Source: Eledone cirrhosa
Taxonomy: Eukaryota
DNA: 64,000 bases
Direction: 5' to 3'
Assembly (NCBI GenBank): GCA_964016885.1
Contig: OZ024740.1
Coordinates: 76,012,001-76,076,000 of the forward strand
The notes under the pieces are model-generated. The model made no database searches. It saw only the letters and a list, made by a program, of their open reading frames with translations, and was not told where the DNA came from. Shown here one piece after another: positions 49,235 through 60,478 of this stretch. The stretch's first letter is position 1, and the number at the start of each line of letters is the position of its first letter. Made by a program: the position numbers and the translations under genes.

Positions 49235-51609
49235 ATTATTTATTCAAAGTAATCCAACTTATTTTACAAACGGGATAAAAAAATATATTCTGGACGCAGT
49301 CCCGCACTCATTCCTTTATTATAGTTTAGATAGTTAAAAGCAATCACATAGAATCTCGAAACTATCAGCGAATGAAAACATATTTAATATTATAATGATG
49401 CACTGTCTAGATCAGGATAGTGAAGTAAGATTATAGTGAGTCTGCACAATTCTGGAATAATAATAATTATTTCTACCTTAGGCACAAGGCCAGCATTTAC
49501 CCAGTGCATTACTGGTACTTTATTTTATCGACCCCGTAAGGATGAAAGGCAAAGTTAACCTTAGCGGGATTTGAACTCAGAATGGCAAGGGCCGTAACTC
49601 TATATGTCAAAGCATGGCGTCTGACCCTCTACCAATACTGCCAATCCACCGCCAATTCTGGAATAATAATAATATTGTCGCACAAGCTTTAATTAATGGA
49701 GATAAAGTTGTTAGCTTCATGCTCCATGACCCTTAATTTCTCAAGACAGGCCAAAGTCTGTTGAAATTCAAGATTAAAGGTAACAGAACTGTCAGATTAT
49801 AATATATACTGAAGTATTTAACCATAGATATCATTCCAGGTGGGACGGGGGATATATTTTATGTTTTATTTAGCCCACAATAAAACAGCACATTGTGTGA
49901 GTGTTCATAGAGGACATGACACATAAGATATTTCAGTGTTGAGCCTCAACAGTGTATGCATGACATAACATTCTATTTTAAGCTCACACAGGTCTCAAGA
50001 AGCTAAACATCTAACATAAAACATAAGCCACTGAACCAAACAAAGCATTTTTTACTTCAATTATGCATATCCCAGCTCATGACACACATTGGCTTCTGTT
50101 TACCAATGACTGGTGTTTGACTCCAGTTTTTAATGTTATTGCTACAGCTCACATTTGTGCAGATTTCACCAGCTTTCTATGAGGTTGCAGCTCCCCTATT
50201 TTTCCAATAACAGGAAGCAAGATTTGAACTCAGACCACATAGAACCAGAACAGATACCACAAGACATCCCGTCCAACACCTTAGCAATTCTGCCAATCCA
50301 CTCACTTCCCTGGACTGGTACTTTATTAACCCCGAAAGGATGAAAGTTGACCTCAGCAAGATTTCAACTCAGAACACAAAGAGCTGGTACAAATACCACA
50401 AGACATTTAATCCAATATTTTAATGACAACACCTATTCAATGTAGCGAACATGGCTTAGATGGTTCTAGGAAGAGACTGAAAGCTTTTTCAAAAGACACC
50501 AGATCTGTCATCACCAATCCAATCCAGTGCCTTCTCATTCCTGATTGACCTCTACCACTTTTTTGGAGGGGTAGGGTTATGTCAGGGATGTAGCAATACA
50601 CACCATGCTTGGCCAATTGTGTGTTGGTGAGGCTATTTAACTCATAGTTGGGGGGTGGATGGAAGTTAACTCATCTGCCTTTTTAATAGCTCTTGTTTTT
50701 TTATGCTGCTGGGGTTCCATTTATCCCCCTAATCAGACAAGACTCAGGTGTGGGAGCTGACCACTCAACCACGAAGCAGGTTGTACTGGGTTACATGATA
50801 CCAGTAGATGTCATCACCATTGTGGTCATAATGTGGCAGATTCTAATGGCAATTTTCTTTTGGAAGGATAATATAAAAAAACTTGTTCAATGTAGACATT
50901 TCTGATAAGGACTCATTACAGGTCTGCTACGGGAAACCTTCTCAGATAGTAATATAGGATAAAGTGGTTTTATATAGAAACACATAAAACACCAACAGCA
51001 GTATATTTGAAGCTGAGATAGAAATCGAAAGTAGAGTATATTTTTATGTTTTGTTTTAAGAGCTAAAAACATTTGTTGACCATTTATATATTATTTTAAT
51101 AAATAGGAACAAAGAAACAAGGACGTGTAAAGAAAAACAAAAATGACACCTCATAATTTGTTGAATAACTCAGAAAATTAAAGTAATATCAGATAAAATC
51201 ATAAAGGTAAGACAGTGATTAATGATTAAGGTTAATTAGGGAGGGGCCCCTATATGAGACAATATCCCAGAGACACAAAACCTGTGACAAGATATGAACA
51301 CATGGCCAGCAACAATTCAATATCCTCACCACTTAGTCTGGCATCTCCACAAAACAACAACTACAAACAAATCAACAACCCGCAGTTATATATATATTAC
51401 ATGAACTCACATTATCTATCGGTGGATTGGTAGTATTGGTAGAGGGTCGGACGCCATGCATTGACGTATAGAGTTACGGCCTTTGCCATTCTGAGTTCAA
51501 ATCACGCCAAGGTTAACTTTGCCTTTCATCGTTACAGGGTCGATAAAATAAAGTACCAGTAATGTACTGGATATTTGCTGGCCTTGTGCCAAAAATAGAA
51601 ACAATTAAT

Positions 51610-51779
51610 CATCTATTAACACAAAATGTTATAAAACAAGTTAATGAATATAATACCATATACAGGCATAAGAACATGAACAAGAAACGGTTACCACACA
51701 AATGTACACAATTAAGAATAAAATAAGCATGTTAAGAAATATAACTAACAAGCGAGTCATGAATTCTGGCCCACCCTGT
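51610..51779. mobile_element. Tc1/mariner-type MITE (other TIR retained), counterpart of 2637-2820
   Basis: The internal part is the reverse complement of 2637-2768. It ends gagtcatgaattctggcccaccctg and is followed by RTE sequence. Confidence 0.7.
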
Positions 51780-51781
51780 TG

Positions 51782-51990
51782 TATGTTGCACAGCAGCGAA
51801 ACCTGGGATCTGTGTGCAGAGGACCTGCATAGATTGGAAAGAAAGATTGGAAAGAAAGATTGGAAAAACCTCCATGCTTCGAGTGATGTACAATAGCAAT
51901 ATACTCGAACAGCAAGGCATAAATGAACTACGCGAGAAATTAGGCATAAGAGGAATCAGATGTTGTGTGCAGGAGAGGAGATTGCATTGG
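51782..51990 (+). mobile_element. RTE LINE fragment
   Basis: MLHSSETWDLCAEDLHRLER..INELREKLGIRGIRCCVQERRLHW. Confidence 0.85.
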
Positions 51991-52162
51991 TAGAACGAGT
52001 GCTGTAGTCTGTGGCTGCAATTGATGACCATATAAATTTAGGAAAAATTGCCAGCTCTGCCTAATGGAAACATACTATATAGTGAACTCACCCCAGGAAC
52101 TCATTAATAGTCGGACTGAAACGGTAATTAATTGCAGCCACAGATTACAGCACTCGTTCTAC
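51990..52162. mobile_element. ~173-bp MITE-like element with ~40-bp inverted termini
   Basis: gtagaacgagtgctgtagtctgtggctgcaattgatgacc vs ggtaattaattgcagccacagattacagcactcgttctac. Confidence 0.75.
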
Positions 52163-52526
52163 GCGTGGTCTCCAGAACAGGAATAACATCCTATCCCCGC
52201 AGCTATCTGCATCGCACCACCATTTAGTCCACCTGCAATAAGTAGGCCAAAGTGCAGTGTCTAATGACGCTATTAACCAACCATCAGATTTTTACCATCA
52301 CCTATTGAGTTAGGCTCGCTCTGCTAAACCTTCCCCCAAGCTGGGATAGGTTAAAATACATTTTAGGGTAATTTATTGCCTAGCACCATACAGTTACCTC
52401 CCCTAGTGGATTATGCCCTTTTCACTGTTGTTATTTTTTTTCGCTTATCATGCAAGACGACGTGAAACCGAGGAAATGATTCTCAACGGTATTTATACTT
52501 ATTGATGACATTATATAATCAATTAT

Positions 52527-52564
52527 TTCTCTGACGGGCCGTAAGGGCGAAACATGTGTAAGAG
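52527..52564 (+). ncRNA. Minimal type I hammerhead ribozyme-like motif (PLE/retrozyme type)
   Basis: ttct-CTGACGG-gcc(gtaag)ggc-GAAA-ca(tg)tg-TA-agag. Helices I and II form, helix III is short with a palindromic acatgt, and the cleavage triplet is GUA. The core has G instead of the usual A9. Confidence 0.55.
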
Positions 52565-52819
52565 CTATATAAAAAATTGGTTTTAGCGGCTTGTAACTAC
52601 TTCATTCATTCGTTTGCATATTCTCGCTCTGCTTGAACAATACACTAAATATTAAATCTCCTCTAATATTTAACTCTGCTAACCCAGGCAGTGGGCACAC
52701 TCCGCTTCGGCTATTGGCATTTAGTAATCTGTATCGCACCTCTTTGTATCTCTCTGCTTCCTCCTCTCCTACAATATTTATACCTATTATTATTATTATT
52801 ATTGGTGTTGTTATTACTC

Positions 52820-55800
52820 TTTGAGTCTCAGTCATTGATGTTAGTTAACTGGAAAATTTGTTGAAATGAATATCAAGCCACTACCTGAAGCCTCAGATAT
52901 TCAGGACGTATCGGAGGGTTCTTGCTGTTCCCAGCAAGCATGCCTTTTGAAGCGTTCCAAAAAGCGTGAAGGGGCCAATTTTCTTTAACCATCCCTGGAA
53001 ACGTTTTGAGATAGTCCCTAGTGCGCCTATGACAATCGGGATCACTTTGACTTCATGGCAGTTCCAAATCCTTTTTACCTCCCACTTTAAGTCCTGGTAC
53101 CGGTTAATTTTCTCCCTCTCCTTCTCTTGCACTCTCGTGTCGAATGGATAGGCCACATCCACAATCAGGCACGATCTTTTTTCTTTGTCCACAACCACCA
53201 GGTCAGGTCTATTGTGTTCCAGTTTCTTGTCCGTCTGTATCCTAAAATCCCACAGCACCTTCACCTGATCGTTTTCTATCACCGCCTCTGGCTTATGCTC
53301 ATACCACTTCTCAGAATGTGGTAAATTGTTTACTTTGCATAGGTGCCAGTGGATCACCCTGCCCATCACATCATGTCTCCAGCCCTTATAGTGAGTCTGG
53401 GCTAGGTGTTTACACTCGGATACAATGTGAGCCACAGTCTCCTCTCTCTCTCCACAGATCCTGCACAGTGGGCTAGCCTCCTCCTTGTAAATATGGTGTT
53501 TCAACCACTTCGTTTAGAGGGCCTGCTCCTGCGCAGCCATTAACATTCCTTCTGTAGCCTTTTTAAGGTCTCCTCTTTTCAACCAGTTCCATGTCTGTGG
53601 ATCTCTAAATTCAGTTTTCTCAAAGAAGGTACTATGAAGGGATTTTTCATGAAGGCTGCTCTTTCTCCTTGATGTTATTTCCTCCTTGGACATCCCCTGG
53701 CCTATTGTCCCCTCCTTCAGTACAGTTCTGTACACGTATTTGTGTAGGTTGTTTTTCTCCATCTGAACACAGTCCTCTATGCTGATAAGACCTCTTCCAC
53801 CCTCAGATCTCCTTAAGTAGAGTCTATCGACATCACTCCTCTTGTGGAACATGTTGTAGATAGTCAATAGCTTCCTAGTCTTCCTATCCATTTCTTTCTG
53901 TTCAGCAACATTCCATCTCAGAATTCCCGCACTGTACCTAATAATAGACACAGCTCGGGAATTTAGTGTACTTATGGCATTCCTACTGTTCAGATGTGAC
54001 TTTAATACGCTCCTTACTCTCCGAATGTATTCAGTTCTTATCAATTCCTTCATTTTTTTGTTCTTGATGTCATCAGCCTCCAGAACGCCCAAATACTTGT
54101 ATCCTTCTTCAGAGTCAATTTCCTTTATCATCTCACCCGTTGGTACCTGGATTCTGTTACTTCTGCTCAACTTACCTCTCTTCATCACAATGACTCCACA
54201 CTTACTAATACCAAATTGCATACATATATCATTGGCGAAAATACGGACAGTGTCAACAAGCACATCCAACTCCTTCTCACTCTTCCCGAAGAGCTTAAGA
54301 TCGTCCATGAAGAGGAGGTGATTGATGGTAAGCCCTCCCTTTCCCAACCGGTATCCTGCTCTCACTTTTCGCAGTACACTGGTCAGGGGCATCAGGGCAA
54401 GGACAAACAACAGAGAGGACAGACTATCTCCCTGGAAGATACCTCTCTTGATCTTCACGCTTCCCAAGGATTCTCCAGTTGATGTTAACTCTGTTTCCCA
54501 GGACTTCATACTTTTGCCCAACAACTGTCTGATGTTATCTGCCACCTTGACGATCTCCAGGCTTTTGGTGATCCAAGAATGAGGCACCATGTCAAATGCC
54601 TTTTTGTAGTCTATCCATCCAATGGCAAGACCAATGTGTCTCCTCTTGCAATTCCTCATTACCATCTTATCAATAAGTAACTGGTCCTTTGTACCACGTG
54701 AGTTCTTTCGGCATCCTTTCTGTTCGTCCGGTAACAAGTTGTTTGTGTGGAGGTGATGGTAGATTTCCTCAGACATAATGCTTGTCAACAGTTTCCACAT
54801 TACGGACAGACATGTGATAGGTCTACAGTTGGTAACATCATTACCCTTGATTCGGTTTTTCATTATCAGAACTGTGGTACCTTTTGTCAACCACTCTGGT
54901 ACCTCACCTGACATCAAGCAGTCATTGAACATGGTTGTCAGTTTCGGGTGGAGGGATGTTATATTTTTAATCCAATACCCCTGCACACCATCTGGGCTTG
55001 TGATTTCCAGTTGGTTAGTTTTTTGGCTTGCCCCTTAAGAGTTTCAACTGTGATACTCAAATTAGTTTGTTGGTGTGCCTGTTCACTAATCTCCTTCTGT
55101 ACTGTCTCAATCCACACTGCCTGGTCATTATGTTTAACATCCTGCTCCCATATTCCTCTCCAGAATGTTTTAGTTTGTTCCGCCTCAGGGATCAAGTCGT
55201 TGCCTCTTTCTTTCCCTTCAAGCTGTCCAAACAGCATCTTCTGGTTGTTGTCGAACATGCGGTTCTGTCTATACTGGCTGACTCTGTTCTCGTATCGCCT
55301 GATTTTTGCACTCTTTGCTAAAATGCGTTGCTTCAGTTCCTCTATGATAATATTTAGCTTTTTCCTCCTAGTTTTGTACTTTATTTCCAGTCTAATTTTA
55401 GTGTCTATGTTTTTTAGTGTCCCATTCAGTAGGGACTCAAGCTTTCCAATGTCATTTCTCATTTCCCTGATTTGACCACTCAGTCGTTTCTTCCACCAAG
55501 GCTCTGCTCTTTCTTGTCTGTTGTTTCCTCTCGCTTTTATACCAAGTAGTTTCCTCACCGTATTTGCTGTTGCTTTGAGGATATTGTTGCACTGGTGAAG
55601 GCTCCTCGCCTCAAGGTATGGGATGACTTTGTTTACCTTAGCTGTTGTTTCTTTTAACTTTTTCCTGTCTACAAATCTTAGGTTCATAGGTCTCCCACTA
55701 TCATTGTTCAATTCATCTACCACTAAGTTTAGGATATCAACCAAATCTTGTCCTAGCCCATCAGCATTCATCTCCTCAGTGGCCGTATCTCTGTTCCAGG

Positions 55801-56340
55801 TATTATTTATCTCAGCATTCAGATCATTGTCTGCTTCGGGTGGTTCCTCCTTTCCCTCGACCTCTTCACCTTCATTTCCCACTGGCTCGTTTGCCTGGCA
55901 TACTCCACTCTCCATCTCCAAGCTAATCTCTCTGCTCAGTTCCTCCAGTTCCAGCTCGCTTATCCACCCATTAGTTCTTATTACCCGAGCCTGCCCGGCC
56001 AATTTTTGTTCATCTAATTTAAATAGACCAATCTCGTTCCAGATGCTATACATCCGTTTCCTATAGCCTTTTTCCTTGGGGTTACTCTTCAGGTAACATT
56101 GGATAACAGTTCTATTCAATTCTTTCGTCCAGTTGGTTCTGGTCCCTTTCCTTCTTCTTCCTCCGACACCAGCAGTATTTGGTTGACAGCCAGGTCCCTG
56201 CTGCTGAGCCAGGGAGCACCTGTTGGGTGAGAGTCTGTCACATGACATTCTAGTCTCCATTTCACCGTTATTCGAACTGTTTAGGTTCGACATTTAAACA
56301 CTCTTATCGAGGATTGGCGAATGTATGGTTACATAACCAC
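52820..56340 (-). mobile_element. R4/Dong-clade RLE LINE, near full length, single ORF broken by a frameshift (~54986) and a stop (~53514)
   Basis: RT motifs (DYKKAFD, RGIFQGDSLS, HLLFMDDLKL), the CRIC..ETVAHIVSEC zinc motif and the NRPDLVV..IVDVA..EK RLE domain. The 3' end lies in (TAA)n; the 5' UTR may extend to ~57250. Confidence 0.92.
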
Positions 56341-57252
56341 CGGTAAATTCATCGTCTCCGGTGGTTCCGTCACGCCACGTGATTTTTGTGTGGCATTATC
56401 ACGCTGTAGACGAACATAAATAAACAAACAAACAAACAGGCAAAAAACCCCCCAAAAATGAATAAGCATAAGTTTTATTGTAATGTAGTGTTTGAATGTC
56501 TGACTTAGTTTTTCCCTTCCCTTCTCTGTCCGTCCGTTTGTTTTTCTCTTCATTCTTATTTTCTTTACGTTTTTCGTTGTTGCTGTGCTGCTTTGATTTT
56601 GATTTTTGTTTTTTTGATTTTGACCGGGTCATCAATTCAGTCTATTTATATATTTTGATGCCTTACTCTTTTAGTTGGGGTTCTACGATGTAGCAGGGGG
56701 TAGCGGGAGAGAATAGCGGCGGTAGTGATAATGAGGCAGTGGTGGTGGTGGTGGCGGTGCTGTGCTAACAGCAACTAGCAGGAGGTAGTGGGAGAGAATA
56801 GCGGCAGTAGCGATAAATCATTATTAGGCAGTGGTGGTGGTGATGTGATCGTATTACTGTAGTGATGGTGTTGAAGTTGGAGTAGAAATAGCGGTTGAGT
56901 CGACTTAACCAGAGTTTTGATCGTGGTAGTGGTGGTGGTGTTGGTGGTGAAATTATCTTTAGTTATTTAGTCATTTTGTCATTTTCCTCCTTTTCGACTC
57001 TAACATTCCTGATCCAAAATTAAATATTAATCTTGTTTATTAATATTGTCTAGTGATACCGCCATCTTCCCCTTTCGTAAGTTAACAGAAGGTAATGGGG
57101 GGATAGCGGTGGTAGCAATGAAGGAGTGGTGGCGGCGGTGATGGGATAGTGGTAGTAATGATGGATGGGCGGCGGTGGCGGTGACTGTAGTGATGGCATT
57201 GTCGTTACTGAGTTTTGTTGAATGAACTGTATTTTTGTTTGATCGGTGAATC

Positions 57253-57310
<58 letters not shown>
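57253..57310. repeat. (TTA)n microsatellite
   Basis: Directly visible. Confidence 0.95.
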
Positions 57311-58067
57311 TTTTGAGTCTCGGTCATTGATGTTAGTTAACTGGAAAGTTTGTTGAAATGAATATCAAGCCACTACCTGCAGCCTCAGATATTCAGGACG
57401 TATCGGAGGGTTCTTGCTGTTCCCAGCAAGCATGCCTTTTGAAGCGTTCCAAAAAGCATGAAGGGGCCAATTTTCTTTAACCATCCCTGGAAACGTTTTG
57501 AGATAGTCCCTAGTGCGCCTATGACAATCGGGATCACTTTGACTTCATGGCAGTTCCAAATGCTTTTTACCTCCCACTTTAAGTCCTGGTATCGGTTAAT
57601 TTTCTCCCTCTCCTTCTCTTGCACTCTCGTGTCGAATGGGCAGGCCACATCCACAATCAGGCACGATCTTTTTTCTTTGTCCAAAACCACCAGGTCAGGT
57701 CTATTGTGTTCCAGTTTCTTGTCCGTCTGTATCCTAAAATCCCACAGCACCTTCACCTGATCGTTTTCTATCACCGCCTCTGGCTTATGCTCATACCACT
57801 TCTCAGAATGTGGTAAATTGTTTACTTTGCATAGGTGCCAGTGGATCACCCTGCCCATCACATCATGTCTCCAGCCCTTATAGTGAGTCTGGGCTAGGTG
57901 TTTACACTCGGATACAATGTGAGCCACAGTCTCCCCTCTCTCTCCACAGATCCTGCACAGTGGGCTAGCCTCCTCCTTGTAAATATGGTGTTTCAACCAC
58001 TTCGTTTTGAGGGCCTGCTCCTGCGCAGCCATTAACATTCCTTCTGTAGCCTTTTTAAGGTCTCCTC

Positions 58068-58068
<1 letters not shown>
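57311..58068 (-). mobile_element. 5'-truncated R4/Dong copy, near-identical to 52820-53578
   Basis: ORF 57385-58038 differs from 52893-53504 at ~5 aa and reads through the other copy's stop (AQEQALKTKW). It is flanked on both sides by (TTA)n. Confidence 0.92.

Positions 58069-58120
<52 letters not shown>
58068..58120. repeat. (TTA)n microsatellite
   Basis: Directly visible. Confidence 0.95.
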
Positions 58121-58334
58121 GAATGCCATGGTTGACGGAGGCTCGGCTCTGTAAGGTATTGTAAATTTTGACCGCTATAACAATTGTAAATTGTTTAAAA
58201 CTTTAACCGAATTGTAGATAAAAACACCCTCCTCCTCGTGAGAGGGGTCTTTCTGCCCGTTATTTGGCCCTTCGGGGTTAAATAATAGCTTATTGGGGTT
58301 TTGTGCCCAATATTTATTTTAAACTGAAAAAAAC

Positions 58335-60443
58335 ATGGCTACGAAAAAGAATTTTCATAGGTCACTCCCACTTATTCCGTCTTCTTCTTCCTCAATCGTC
58401 ACTACAGCAGAGAGAAGATTGTCTCTCTCCCTCCCTTCTCTAAATGTGTCTCTCTCCCTCCATTCTCTTTCGCAAGCTACGCCAGTAAAGAAAAATCACG
58501 TGCAAAGCGTGCAACATTTCTCCACGACGACGACGACAACGACGAAAAAGGTGTGCGGGAAATACGAAAACCCATTTCATTCGTCTGACGTCATGAATAA
58601 TAGCAGTAGCAGCCGTAATAACAGCAGCAGCAGCAACAGTGACAAGGAAGACAACAGTAGCAGCCGCAACAGCATCAGCAGCAGCATAAACAACAGCAGC
58701 AGCAGCAACAACAACAACAACCACAGCAACAGCAGCGGCGGCAGTAGTCGTAGTACCTGCAGCAACAACAAAAGTAACAGCAGCTCTGACGACAACAACA
58801 ACAACAACAACAGCAGCAAAGAAAAACCAATCTCGTTTGCAGGTATCGCAAAGAACCTGGAAACCATCATCATAACAAATGAGGAATTAGAGGAAGCGAA
58901 GAAGATGGTGACTAAAACGGGACACCGAGCAATCTGCAAGGCAGCCGAAACATTTTTCGAAACCCAACAGCACTATACGGTCACGTACCGTACAGTAAGC
59001 ACAAAATCCCGTAGGGTTGAAAGAGCCACAGAGGCTAAAATACAAAAAGCATTAGGGTCTGTGTGGCAGCGGAAAACGCACATCACCCGAGGCAAGTAAT
59101 ATGCCACCGTAGACGTACTTTTTGCCACACCCCAGGAGGCAAAGGCTCAATACTTAGTGAACCTAAGGAGCGAGGAAATGGTGTTGGTGCCCTCCTACTG
59201 CGGGCAAAAAATTGTGAGGGTCAAACTGACCCACATCCCCCCCCCGGGATGGCCCCTTCTTGGCTGGCCGCGTCTGTCCTCGTCGGAATCGAGGACAAAA
59301 CAACTGTACTGCAAGTACAGAAAAAAGTAAGAGAAAATTGGGTCGGCACCTCTATTGAGATGTTAATCCAAACCAACCAGGAGTGCATCGAACCTATCCC
59401 GGATGTGATAGATTTCGATAACGGCACTCAACTGCCCATAAGTGTTGAGGGCAAGCGCCCGAAATGCTTTCGCTGTGGATCGAAGACTCACCTCAGGGCC
59501 TTCTGCAACGAGAAGACCCTGAGAAAGGAGAACCCCCCCTCTTTCCGAAACCGGCTCCACGGCTACCAGCAACAGGACAAGCGGCAACCAGGAACGATAG
59601 GTCCGTGCCACCCATACCCACGCCACGGAAATCAAAGACAGCAGCAGCAGTGGAAATATTAAAAACAACAACAGCAATACCAAATGCAGCTGCAACAGAG
59701 ACTCCAGTGCAAACATCACCAACAACAACAAGTGAAAGAGTGGAGCTGGTACCCCTCCCCGACCTTACAGAATCAGACATGGAGTGTGAGGTAGGAGAGG
59801 GATGGCAAAAGGTCGCAAGAAGGCACAAACGCAGAAGCAGCGCATCGTCGCCTTTGAAAAGGGAGGAAAGAAATGAGAAAAGGGTAAAGTCTACTGCAAA
59901 GAGACCCACAGCAGCAACACCACCAACACCATCACCACCCACACCAGCACCACCATCACCACCGGCGACAACCCCACCGCCAACAACACCTTCAACACCA
60001 CCACCACAAGCACCAACATCGCAAACACAACAACAAAACACACACACCCAGCAACAACGACGAGAAAATAGCAGAACCACACCCACCCCCAGAAAAACAA
60101 ATGCACGGCAATAAACACACACAACAAGAAACTAATGACTTACATAATTGAACACACAGACATTTCACAACAGGACTACATAATACCAGCACCAATCAAA
60201 ACGCCAACTAACATAAGACTGCTAAAAATAGCACAGAAACAATACACAAACATTAAAACGAAATTCCCCAACGCAGTTGGTGATTTCAGGGACCTAGGAG
60301 GAACCATCAATCGAAGAGTATATTCAGACATTCTCTTAGAAGAGCCGACGACCAGCCGAAGGGACGATTCAACGGTCCCTTCACCAGACGATCAAGTGAA
60401 AAGGGATGTAAAAACCATCCCTCCTCTACCAAAAGTACGGTAA
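58335..60443 (+). pseudogene. LINE ORF1 (gag-like, zinc knuckle), disrupted
   Basis: Stop at 59097-59099 and frameshifts between ORF pieces 58335-59099, 59063-59662, 59464-60114 and 60135-60443. Confidence 0.7.
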
Positions 60444-60478
60444 GTGGTCTTTCCCATCTTTTCCACTCTATTTTAAAC

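Larger units (their letters stand above)
37295..51607. repeat. Right arm of the palindrome (inverted repeat of 6377-20301)
   Basis: See the left arm. It is longer by a SINE insertion, 51 bp, a ~33-bp duplication and a GAA expansion. Confidence 0.97.
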
